Of a stretch of DNA of 32,000 nt, positions 18,022 to 25,625 are shown piece after piece. The notes beneath the pieces are model-generated. The model did not search any database. It saw only the letters and a program-made list of their open reading frames with translations, and was not told where the DNA came from. Each line of letters begins with the position of its first letter. Positions within the stretch are counted from its first letter, which is position 1. The position numbers and the translations under genes are program-made. Origin of the DNA: Corynebacterium glutamicum ATCC 13032 (lineage in GTDB: Bacteria; Actinomycetota; Actinomycetes; Mycobacteriales; Mycobacteriaceae); assembly GCF_000011325.1 (NCBI RefSeq), contig NC_003450.3, forward strand, positions 30,001 through 62,000. Direction: 5' to 3'.

Positions 18022-18485
18022 CAGGGAACAAGCCTCACTGTTGTACGACCAATACGGATATCCGTGCCCACCGCAATCTGCTCAGGCTGATCAATGCGCG
18101 TACCACCGACAAAAGTGCCGTTGCGCGAATCCAGATCCTCCACAAACCACTCCGAACCACGCTTAAACACCCGCGCATGCATGCCGGAGGCGTAATCATC
18201 GCCCACCACAAACGTGCACTCAGGGCTACGGCCCATCGTCATATCCTCCGACACCTCAATCGAGGAGCCCGCCAACGGGCCCTCGACCACCGTCAAAAGA
18301 CGAGGCGGGCTGGAGCGATTAAAAGCCCGGGCAAGGCCCTGCGGTGCCGCGACGGAGGAGCTGCTTGTCGACGCTTGACCCGTCACTTTCAAATCTGCCC
18401 TCATAGCGCGCAGCGCCATCAAGACGAAAAACCACAACACCACAAGCAAAGCGATGCGAAGCCCAAGAAGGACCAGAGAATCCAT
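18021..18485 (-). CDS. fhaB: FHA-domain protein FhaB (FipA-like), membrane anchored
   Basis: N-terminal TM helix. C-terminal FHA domain (GRSPECTFVV…SGMHARVF…VEDLDSRNGTFV). Its stop overlaps the ppp start by 1 nt (TGATG). Confidence 0.9.
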   Translation of the reverse strand: MDSLVLLGLRIALLVVLWFFVLMALRAMRADLKVTGQASTSSSSVAAPQGLARAFNRSSPPRLLTVVEGPLAGSSIEVSEDMTMGRSPECTFVVGDDYASGMHARVFKRGSEWFVEDLDSRNGTFVGGTRIDQPEQIAVGTDIRIGRTTVRLVP

Positions 18486-18501
18486 TGATCAACCTCTCCC
18501 T

Positions 18502-19398
18502 CTAGGGACTAACAATACGAACTTCGATATTGGAATGACCCACCGTAATGACATCACCATCAGCCAACAACCAATTATCCACAGGAGTGTCATTCACCGT
18601 GGTGCCATTAGTCGACTTCAAATCAACCAAAATGGCATCCCGGCCATCCCACGTGATCTCCACATGCTGACGAGACACACCAGTATCCGGCAAACGAAGA
18701 TCCGCATCATTACTACGACCAATGATGTTCGAACCCTCCCGAACCAAATAAGTCCGGCTCGAACCATCCTGCAGCAGCAAAGTCACCGTAGGGCCCGCGG
18801 GCTTCATCGCAGCCTGGCGATTCGCATCAACCTGAGACTGCGGCACACCCTGAACCAAAGGGCGATCCGCTGATTGCGCCGGCAAAAACTCCGTACCAGT
18901 GTAAGGGGAACTGTCAGACACGTTCTTAGACTCACTTTCTGCGACAGGCAGGATGCCGTCGCCTTCCAAAGGCAGATAACCGCTACTTAACTCCGGATCC
19001 GGATCCTTCTCCGAAACCGACTTCAACTGGCCCGTGTGCAACGAAGAATCCTCTTCAATCAACACAATCACCGGCCCAACCAACGTCCAGCCACTGTTCC
19101 TGCAGAACCTCATCATCTGATCACCAAAACGAGCCGGCTGATCAGGAAAACGATCGACAAGATTACTAAAATCGTTCGGGCTCACCGAAACCTTAAAAAC
19201 ATTCGGCGCCTCAACATAGCCAAACTCAGTATGAACCACATTGTCCTCAGCCTCTTGCTTCAAAAGCTCCTCAAGCTCAGCCGGAACAACGCGACCACGG
19301 AAAACAAACGCCAACGCATTATCAAGGCCGCGTTGCATAGAACTGTCCAGCTTGGCCAAACTGTTCATAGCATTAGCTATCCGATTCGAAGTAGCCAT
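18502..19398 (-). CDS. fhaA: FHA-domain protein FhaA
   Basis: C-terminal FHA domain (IIGRSNDADLRL…VSRQHVEI…LVDLKSTNGTTVN). The track ORF starts at TTG 19422, but AAGGAGG lies 7 nt upstream of ATG 19398 (MATSNRIAN), so 19398 is preferred. Confidence 0.9.
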   Translation of the reverse strand: MATSNRIANAMNSLAKLDSSMQRGLDNALAFVFRGRVVPAELEELLKQEAEDNVVHTEFGYVEAPNVFKVSVSPNDFSNLVDRFPDQPARFGDQMMRFCRNSGWTLVGPVIVLIEEDSSLHTGQLKSVSEKDPDPELSSGYLPLEGDGILPVAESESKNVSDSSPYTGTEFLPAQSADRPLVQGVPQSQVDANRQAAMKPAGPTVTLLLQDGSSRTYLVREGSNIIGRSNDADLRLPDTGVSRQHVEITWDGRDAILVDLKSTNGTTVNDTPVDNWLLADGDVITVGHSNIEVRIVSP

Positions 19399-19704
19399 AA
19401 CTTTGCGACCTCCTTTTCTCAATAAGTTGGGTGTTCCATAAGTGTCTTCTCCTAGAAAACGCCTAAGGGCATGGCTTTGTCCCTCCCTGTGACTGAAATT
19501 CCATTTAGAAAAACCTTCACACGGTCTAAACCAAAGCGCACGATAGCGTCATTATAGAGGTGAACGGCGCCAGAGTTATAGGCCAAACCACCGGGATGCA
19601 TAAATTTACAACTTTGTTGCCATTCAGGAAACCGCTATTTAGCTGCCGATTTGGTATTCAACGCCAAGTGCGTGCTATCTTTAACAAGTCGCAAAAGACA
19701 CCCT

Positions 19705-19791
19705 GCCCGGGTGGCGGAATTGGCAGACGCGCTGGCTTCAGGTGCCAGTGTTCGCAAGGACGTGGGGGTTCAAGTCCCCCCCCGGGCACCA
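19705..19791 (+). tRNA. leuT: tRNA-Leu (anticodon CAG), class II with long variable arm, encoded CCA
   Basis: Acceptor stem GCCCGGG/CCCGGGC. Anticodon stem CTGGC/GCCAG with loop TTCAGGT. T-arm GGGGGTTCAAGTCCCCC. 3' ACCA. Confidence 0.95.
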
Positions 19792-19815
19792 AGAGCGGTT
19801 CTCGAACTGCACAGG

Positions 19816-19862
19816 CCGGAGATCACAAACTCGAAAGAGACTGTGATCTCCGGTTTTGTTTG
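19816..19862 (+). terminator. Rho-independent terminator after tRNA-Leu
   Basis: Perfect 12-bp stem ccggagatcaca / tgtgatctccgg followed by ttttgttt. Confidence 0.8.
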
Positions 19863-19893
19863 TCTTTGAGTATGACTGTGAAATGTGATGGAT

Positions 19894-20616
19894 TTATTCG
19901 AAAGGGGAGGAGTCTTCTTGGAGGTAGGGGCGCCCTGATTGGAACCGCCAGATGGTGTGGTCGAGGTAGATGTAGTTGACGCACATAATGTCCGCAACTT
20001 CCTCAATCAACCGTGAAGCTTCGTGCCTGGAAATCTCTTTCGGACGCTCGAGCACGTGAGTGACGAAACGGACGATCATTCGGTCTGCTTTCACTCCTGG
20101 GACACCTACGAGCATAAGGAAGTAACTCCAGGTCAACGCACTACTTTGGCCGGTTATCATCAACCATTCTCTCGCGATATCTGAGTGTTCACGGCTTTCG
20201 CGCGAATCGAACCTGCCGACAACATCGCTGATGGATTCGATGGAATGACCCGCAAGTACCTTTGCTGCTTCCAAAGCTGCGTATGCCTTATAGGGTGCGT
20301 GAATCTTGGAGGAAGTTCTCCACCGATTATTCGTTTTGAGAACAAATTCGTCGACCCCTCCCCACCGGTAGAATGTCTCGATGAGATCAGTGGCAGTATC
20401 GGCTTCAGGGTGTGATCCTTCATTTGCGCGCAGCCCGCAGTATCGATTGACAAGGTTGAGTACACCTGTATAGCGATTACCAGTCGAGTAAATGGAGTCA
20501 AGAATCGCTAGGGCAATGCTTTGGTAGCCTTCAGGATGAAACCATCTTTCAGGGTCAACACCAAAGTGTGAAGTGATGTAGTTTAACAGCTTCTGAACGT
20601 CTTGCTCATGAATCAA
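19894..20616 (-). CDS. Hypothetical protein with a possible helix-hairpin-helix-like segment
   Basis: 240-aa ORF with a TTG start and AGGAA 5 nt upstream. The segment LMLVGVPGVKADRMIVRFV resembles the HhH LPGVG.K.A motif. Lower GC than the flanks. No family recognised with confidence. Confidence 0.6.
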   Translation of the reverse strand: MIHEQDVQKLLNYITSHFGVDPERWFHPEGYQSIALAILDSIYSTGNRYTGVLNLVNRYCGLRANEGSHPEADTATDLIETFYRWGGVDEFVLKTNNRWRTSSKIHAPYKAYAALEAAKVLAGHSIESISDVVGRFDSRESREHSDIAREWLMITGQSSALTWSYFLMLVGVPGVKADRMIVRFVTHVLERPKEISRHEASRLIEEVADIMCVNYIYLDHTIWRFQSGRPYLQEDSSPFE

Positions 20617-20750
20617 CGGAGTTCCTATCTGTGCTAGTGGAGCTAGATAGATAGGATGTACTTTCGTCCCTGATTGACGACGGAAAATCTGCAGGATTTG
20701 AGGGGCGGTAAGACCTGAGAAAGATGCTCAATTACCCCTCTGAATGAAGT

Positions 20751-20972
20751 TTATTTCTGGCTAAGTTGCGTGTCTTGTTTTGCGCTGATGGCTTCGTTTA
20801 CACTTTGATCGCTTTCGCTTCTAAGAGTGGCGAGTGCAGCAGAAAGGCAAACCTGCTCTTCAAATCCAAAGACCCAAATGAAGTATGGAGAAAAATAATC
20901 TTTCTTGGAAAAGTGATATCCCCTAGTAGGTAGCCTCAAGGGGTATTCAAATTTGAAGCTGGCTACATCCAC
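20751..20972 (-). CDS. Possible small hypothetical protein (73 aa), GTG start overlapping the upstream stop
   Basis: ORF only. It overlaps the end of the 157-aa gene by 10 nt. No recognisable motif. Confidence 0.3.
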   Translation of the reverse strand: MDVASFKFEYPLRLPTRGYHFSKKDYFSPYFIWVFGFEEQVCLSAALATLRSESDQSVNEAISAKQDTQLSQK

Positions 20973-21436
20973 TTTTCAATTTCCGGGTTTAACCACATCG
21001 GAATCTCCGCGGCGTAGTCCAATAATTCCTCTAAATCTGCCGGAGCTTTTAGACCATCGAATGCATTTCTCCAATGTATCTTTTGCGGAGCCTTGAGATC
21101 GATCTTCCAAATAAACCCATCACCTGCCATCCAGTCGGCATACATTAGCTCTACTGCCCCAAATTCGATATTGTCAGGAATGTATTGGGGGTAAATCTTG
21201 CAAAAGTAGCCCACGAAAGTCGCACCATCCATTGGCGCAACTCTTCTTGGATCAGCCCTAAATACAACTATGAGACAGTCGTCCTGTACCCATGTTGCAG
21301 CCATGGTCAGAGTCGGCCACGTTGATTTTTTGTATGGGTCGTAGGCGTTTTCTGACGGGATGAGATCTTCAAACAGCTGTGACATGCGGAAGACTACTTT
21401 TTCAAAGTCAAGATCATAGTCTGCTTTGTAAGTCAT
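20963..21436 (-). CDS. Hypothetical protein (157 aa), Trp-rich, no recognised domain
   Basis: Clean ORF in a low-GC segment, same orientation as the two downstream ORFs. No motif recognised. Confidence 0.55.
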   Translation of the reverse strand: MTYKADYDLDFEKVVFRMSQLFEDLIPSENAYDPYKKSTWPTLTMAATWVQDDCLIVVFRADPRRVAPMDGATFVGYFCKIYPQYIPDNIEFGAVELMYADWMAGDGFIWKIDLKAPQKIHWRNAFDGLKAPADLEELLDYAAEIPMWLNPEIEKWM

Positions 21437-21559
21437 GATTACTGATCTTATCTCAGCACACAGTTGCGTTTGGGAAATACGGCGATGTCAGGTTTTCTCA
21501 CTGAAGTCGGTGTTAAGAAGTCGAACTTAACGCAGACCTACTCCACAACTGCAGCTCCC

Positions 21560-21606
21560 AAAACACAAAAAATCCACCACAAACATCCCAGTGTTTGCGG
21601 TGGATT
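21560..21606 (-). terminator. Rho-independent terminator of gabD
   Basis: 15-bp stem (21571-21585 / 21592-21606, one G-U pair). On the minus strand it is followed by ttttttgtgtttt. Confidence 0.8.
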
Positions 21607-21622
21607 TGTAAAGGGGCAGATG

Positions 21623-23095
21623 CTAGCCGGCGTAAGGATCCCGGATACCGATGTACTGCACGGAGGTGTACTCCTCGATTCCTTCGAGACCACCTTCGCG
21701 GCCCATTCCGGATTGTTTTACGCCACCAAAAGGTGCAGCAGCGTTAGAGATGACACCGGAATTGACGCCCACTAGGCCGAACTCGAGACCATCGGAGACG
21801 CGGAAAATACGTGAGGTGTCCTGGGTGAACACATAGGAGGCCAGTCCGTATTCGGTGGAGTTGGCTAGACGCAGGGCTTCTTCCTCGGTTTGGAAGGTGA
21901 CGATCGGTGCGACGGGACCGAAGATCTCTTCGTTCAGGATAGCCGCATCTGTTGAAACTCCCGTGAGCACCGTTGGTTCGTAGAAGTAGCCTGCACCTGT
22001 GCCGGCCTTGCCGCCGGTGAGGACGGTGGCACCTTCGGCGACGGCGGCGTCGACAAGCGATGCAACGCTGTCTCGTGCTTTTTCCTCAACCAGGGGGCCC
22101 ACGGTGACGCCTTCGTCGAGGCCGTTGCCTAGGACTTGCTCTTCAAGGCGGGCAGCGAAGCGACGGCCGAATTCATCGGCGACGGATTCGTGGACTAAGA
22201 AACGGTTGGCTGCGGTGCAAGCTTCGCCGATGTTGCGCATTTTGGCACCCATGGCACCTTCGATCGCGAGATCTAGGTCGGCGTCCTCGAAGACAATGAA
22301 AGGTGCGTTGCCACCAAGTTCCATGGAGGTGCGCAGAACTTTATCGGCAGCCTTTTTGAGCAGCTGCTGGCCAACTGGGGTGGAGCCGGTGAAGGAGACT
22401 TTACGAAGGCGATCGTCTTCCATAATCGGGTTGGAAATCGCAGAGGCGGAAGCACCGGAGACCACATTGAGGACACCTGCTGGAAGACCGGCATCAAGCA
22501 TGGTCTGAGCAAAATACTGGGAGGTCAGCGGGGTAAGTCGAGCTGGCTTGAGCACCATGACACAACCTGCAGCGATCGCAGGTGCGACCTTGCGGGTAGC
22601 CATTGCTAGTGGGAAGTTCCATGGGGTGATCAGGAGGCACGGGCCAACTGGCTTGAGGGCGGTCAGCATCCGCAAGTTGCCTTCTGGTGTGGTTCCGTAA
22701 CGGCCATACAGACGAACTGCTTCCTCAGAGAACCAGCGCAGGAATTCGTTGCCGTAGGTGACTTCGCCGCGAGCTTCAGCCAAAGGCTTGCCCATTTCCA
22801 AGGTCATGAGGGTGGCGAACTCTTCTGCACGTTCTGCTACGAGCTCAAAACCGCGGCGTAAAATATTAGAACGCTCGCGCGCTGGCATCCTAGCCCACTC
22901 GGCCTGAACAGCGCATGCAGCATCAAGAGCAGCCAGTGCATCCTCGGAAGTAGCAGACGCGAGCGTTGCGATTGTTTCACCCGTCGCTGGGTTTTCCACA
23001 TCGAAAGTACCGCCGTCGGATGCTTCCACCCAGGAATCACCAATCAGTAGACCCGTGGGGACTTTGGCAAGTAGTTCGGAGACATTAATAGTCAT
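21623..23095 (-). CDS. gabD: NAD(P)+-dependent succinate-semialdehyde dehydrogenase (aldehyde dehydrogenase superfamily)
   Basis: 490-aa ORF. ALDH motifs FTGSTPVG, MELGGNAP and catalytic Cys in GEACTAANR. Overall GabD/Sad-like sequence. Confidence 0.85.
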   Translation of the reverse strand: MTINVSELLAKVPTGLLIGDSWVEASDGGTFDVENPATGETIATLASATSEDALAALDAACAVQAEWARMPARERSNILRRGFELVAERAEEFATLMTLEMGKPLAEARGEVTYGNEFLRWFSEEAVRLYGRYGTTPEGNLRMLTALKPVGPCLLITPWNFPLAMATRKVAPAIAAGCVMVLKPARLTPLTSQYFAQTMLDAGLPAGVLNVVSGASASAISNPIMEDDRLRKVSFTGSTPVGQQLLKKAADKVLRTSMELGGNAPFIVFEDADLDLAIEGAMGAKMRNIGEACTAANRFLVHESVADEFGRRFAARLEEQVLGNGLDEGVTVGPLVEEKARDSVASLVDAAVAEGATVLTGGKAGTGAGYFYEPTVLTGVSTDAAILNEEIFGPVAPIVTFQTEEEALRLANSTEYGLASYVFTQDTSRIFRVSDGLEFGLVGVNSGVISNAAAPFGGVKQSGMGREGGLEGIEEYTSVQYIGIRDPYAG

Positions 23096-23111
23096 GATGC
23101 GTTATTTTCCT

Positions 23112-23294
23112 TCACTTTTCGTATCCAGCAGCGTTGAGTTGCTGGACATCGGCACCGACTCGGACAAAGTTGGCGCCGGCGTCGAGGTAGTCCTGTGCTT
23201 AGTTCAAATCAAAGGCATTGACACCCACAGGTTTACCAGCATCACGGAAAGTTTGGATGGATTTTTACTCCGGCCACAACGTCTGGCTGGAAGC
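23112..23294 (-). pseudogene. C-terminal remnant of an HpcH/HpaI-family aldolase with two in-frame stops
   Basis: My minus-strand translation reads LWPE*KSIQTFRDAGKPVGVNAFDLN*AQDYLDAGANFVRVGADVQQLNAAGYEK*. The block GK..G……AQ..L..GANFV.VG.D is the conserved C-terminus of HpaI-type aldolases. It ends 16 nt upstream of the gabD start. Confidence 0.65.
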
Positions 23295-23300
23295 TCAGCC

Positions 23301-24011
23301 ACGTGCTTTCTGGTCGTGCGCCACGACGAGCACTACCCAGCTGCGGCAAACCTCATTGCTTTCGATAAGGGATGGTCCACCCTCATCGCCCCTCAGCTGG
23401 AAGATCCAGAGGCGGAGGAGTTCACCGCCGGATTCCTCACCGAATACCAGGACAATCTGATCACTGCGGGCATGGAGCACCAGGCGCTCGCGAGCGGCTT
23501 CCCGGTGGGGCGTCGCTTCAAGTCCGATATTGCTTTACGACGCTGCGATGCGGTGACCACCCACATCGGCCACGAACACTCCGCCGATGGTCACTGGAGG
23601 ATCTACGTATTCGCTGGCCAAGCCACCCCACAAGATTCCGAGTCTGCACTGAACAAGTGGGCGCAGTGGATGGAGGAAAGCGAAGACTCACCACTCAACC
23701 GCTTCACCCCAGAAGCCGGCGACCGCAACGCAGTCTTCGATATCAAGGCTACCTACCAGCAGCATTACCACTCCTTCGACCTGTTCGATGCGCCAGAGGT
23801 CTTCTTCCCACGAGTTGGACCATACAAGCTGCAAAACCTCGAAAACGTTTGGACCGCACTGGATTCCCAAGACATCTTTGAGTCCCGTGGCATCAGTCGC
23901 GATGGCGCAATTGTTGTCGTTCGCCCAGACCAGTACGTCGCAGCAGTCCTCCCACTCGAAGACACCGCAGCACTGGCTGAGTTCTTCAATGGCAATCTGC
24001 TTGAGCCATAA
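23301..24011 (+). pseudogene. C-terminal fragment of a FAD-dependent phenol 2-monooxygenase-type hydroxylase; N-terminal FAD domain missing
   Basis: The sequence …LIAFDKGWS…GFPVGRRFKS…DGHWRIYVFAG…IVVVRPDQYVA… matches the linker plus thioredoxin-like C-terminal domain of PheA/TfdB-type hydroxylases. The first ~80 codons of the track ORF (23055-) are antisense to gabD and the aldolase remnant. Confidence 0.6.
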
Positions 24012-24102
24012 ACCCTAAATTCTAGGAACGATTCCCCGGAACCTTGAGTGGTTTCGGGGTTTTGTGCTTTTTCGACAGAATGAGTGAACCTGCGCTTGAA
24101 CT

Positions 24103-24118
24103 ATACCCCCTGGGGTAT
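24103..24118. promoter_or_regulatory. CsoR/CstR-type operator palindrome ATACCCCCTGGGGTAT
   Basis: Read directly. 7 of 8 symmetric half-sites. Lies between a TTGAAC (-35-like, 24096-24101) and TACTGT (-10-like, 24119-24124). Confidence 0.7.
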
Positions 24119-24133
24119 TACTGTAGATTCTCA

Positions 24134-24149
24134 ATACCCCGAGGGGTAT
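24134..24149. promoter_or_regulatory. CsoR/CstR-type operator palindrome ATACCCCGAGGGGTAT
   Basis: Read directly. 31 bp centre-to-centre from the first operator. 30 nt upstream of the GTG start at 24179. Confidence 0.7.
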
Positions 24150-24178
24150 CTAGTTTTTACGTTGAGAAGGAGAGCTCA

Positions 24179-25549
24179 GTGCTTATTGAACGCATCTACG
24201 ACGAAGACCTTGCGCAGGCCAGCTATTTCATTGGCTGCCAAGCCCACAACACCGCAGTCGTGGTTGATCCGCGTCGCGATATTGCCGTCTATCTGGACAT
24301 GGCCAAGAAAAACGGAATGGAGATTGTTGGAGTTACCGAAACCCATATCCATGCGGACTATTTGTCAGGAACCCGTGAGTTAGCTGCTGCAACTAATGCC
24401 ACCATGTACGTCTCAGGGGAGGGCGGCGCCGATTGGCAGTATGAATTCGACGCCGAGCGAATATGCGACGGCAGCGAGATTCGCCTGGGAAATCTGGTGC
24501 TCACAGCTGTTCACACCCCAGGCCATACCCCGGAACACTTATCGTTCCTGCTGAAGGACGGCGCGTTCGCAGATGAGCCAGGATTCATGCTCACTGGCGA
24601 TTTCGTTTTCGCGGGTGATCTTGGCCGACCAGATTTGCTCGATGAAGCAGCTGGGGGAGTGGACACTCGTTTTGAGGGGGCTCGCCAAATGTTCAAGAGC
24701 TTGAAGGAAAAATTCCTGACATTGCCTGATCACATCCAGATCTTCCCTGGTCATGGTTCCGGTTCCGCGTGTGGCAAAGCCTTGGGTTCGGTTCCTTCAA
24801 CAACACTTGGATATGAACGTCAATTTGCGTGGTGGGGAAAGTATCTGGAGGCAGATGATGAACAAGGATTCATTGATGAGCTTCTGGAAGGCCAACCTGA
24901 TGCACCTGCATACTTCGGCAGGATGAAGAGGCAAAATAGGCAAGGGCCCGCAATTATGGGCGCTCGCGAGCTGTTGCCACAGCTGGAAGCTTCTGATCTG
25001 CACGACGTCATTGTTGTTGATACCCGCTCAGCCGATGAAGTTCACCAGGGCACTGTAGCTGGTGCAGTGAATATTCCTGCGGGCAATTCGATGGCGAAAT
25101 TTGGCTCGTGGACCGTTGATCCCGAGAAGGATTCCCGAGCTTTGGTTCTGCTCGCGGCAAGCCAAATTGGTGCCATGGAGATGTGGGACCACATGGTTCG
25201 CGTGGGAATCGATAATGTTGCTGGTTTTATCACCAACTTTGATGGGGTGGACCTAGTTGCACCGCAAACTGTGTCCCCAGATCAGCTGGATGAATTGGAA
25301 TACGATCTACTTCTTGATGTCCGCAACCGCAGTGAAGTCGAAGAAGGCTACATCCCAGGAGCACTCCATATTAATGGTGCATCCGTGCTGTGGAATCTGG
25401 AGAAACTGCCACGTGACGGAAAGATCGTGAGCTACTGCAAGAGTGGAACACGCAGCTCAATCGCCGCAAGCACCCTGCGTAATGCTGGTTTTGATGTGGT
25501 GGAACTTCAAGGATCCTATGACAACTGGGTCCGGCACAACGCACAATAA
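24179..25549 (+). CDS. Metallo-beta-lactamase-fold persulfide dioxygenase fused to two rhodanese domains (CstB-like)
   Basis: MBL motif ETHIHADYLSG and downstream His/Asp ligands (HTPGHTPEH, GDFVFAGD, PGHG). The C-terminal rhodanese has the active-site loop CKSGTRS. GAAGGAG precedes GTG 24179. The track ORF start at 24044 would read through the operators. Confidence 0.8.
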   Translation: MLIERIYDEDLAQASYFIGCQAHNTAVVVDPRRDIAVYLDMAKKNGMEIVGVTETHIHADYLSGTRELAAATNATMYVSGEGGADWQYEFDAERICDGSEIRLGNLVLTAVHTPGHTPEHLSFLLKDGAFADEPGFMLTGDFVFAGDLGRPDLLDEAAGGVDTRFEGARQMFKSLKEKFLTLPDHIQIFPGHGSGSACGKALGSVPSTTLGYERQFAWWGKYLEADDEQGFIDELLEGQPDAPAYFGRMKRQNRQGPAIMGARELLPQLEASDLHDVIVVDTRSADEVHQGTVAGAVNIPAGNSMAKFGSWTVDPEKDSRALVLLAASQIGAMEMWDHMVRVGIDNVAGFITNFDGVDLVAPQTVSPDQLDELEYDLLLDVRNRSEVEEGYIPGALHINGASVLWNLEKLPRDGKIVSYCKSGTRSSIAASTLRNAGFDVVELQGSYDNWVRHNAQ

Positions 25550-25560
25550 ACAATAGTAAA

Positions 25561-25596
25561 AGGAACCCTCACGGATTGTGAGGGTTCCTTTTTTTG
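25561..25596. terminator. Rho-independent terminator between the convergent MBL-rhodanese and tauE genes
   Basis: Perfect 12-bp stem aggaaccctcac / gtgagggttcct, 5-nt loop, T7 run at 25590-25596. Confidence 0.85.
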
Positions 25597-25625
25597 GGTT
25601 TCGCCGGAGGGAGACGTCGAAAAGC

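Noticed and set aside
19399-19422. N-terminal extensions of track ORFs: fhaA from TTG 19422, ppiA from 4330, MBL-rhodanese from 24044, TauE from 26417, repressor from 27313.
   Set aside because: In each case a downstream start has a clear Shine-Dalgarno or coincides with the start of homology. The extension would read through operators, an RBS or the neighbouring gene.
19705-21620. A classical integrative element at tRNA-Leu (integrase plus att direct repeats).
   Set aside because: No integrase or recombinase ORF was found, and no copy of the tRNA 3' end appears at the distal side of the low-GC segment. Only compositional and contextual evidence supports horizontal origin.
23055-23300. The first ~80 codons of ORF 23055-24011 (MGTLASSSETLIVMM…).
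   Set aside because: This part is antisense to the gabD start and to the aldolase remnant and shows no hydroxylase similarity. It is an accidental open frame joined to the real fragment.
24096-24124. Firm promoter call (TTGAAC -35 / TACTGT -10) for the MBL-rhodanese gene.
   Set aside because: The hexamers are only moderately consensus-like and I cannot score them. They are mentioned as context for the operator and not listed as a separate feature.
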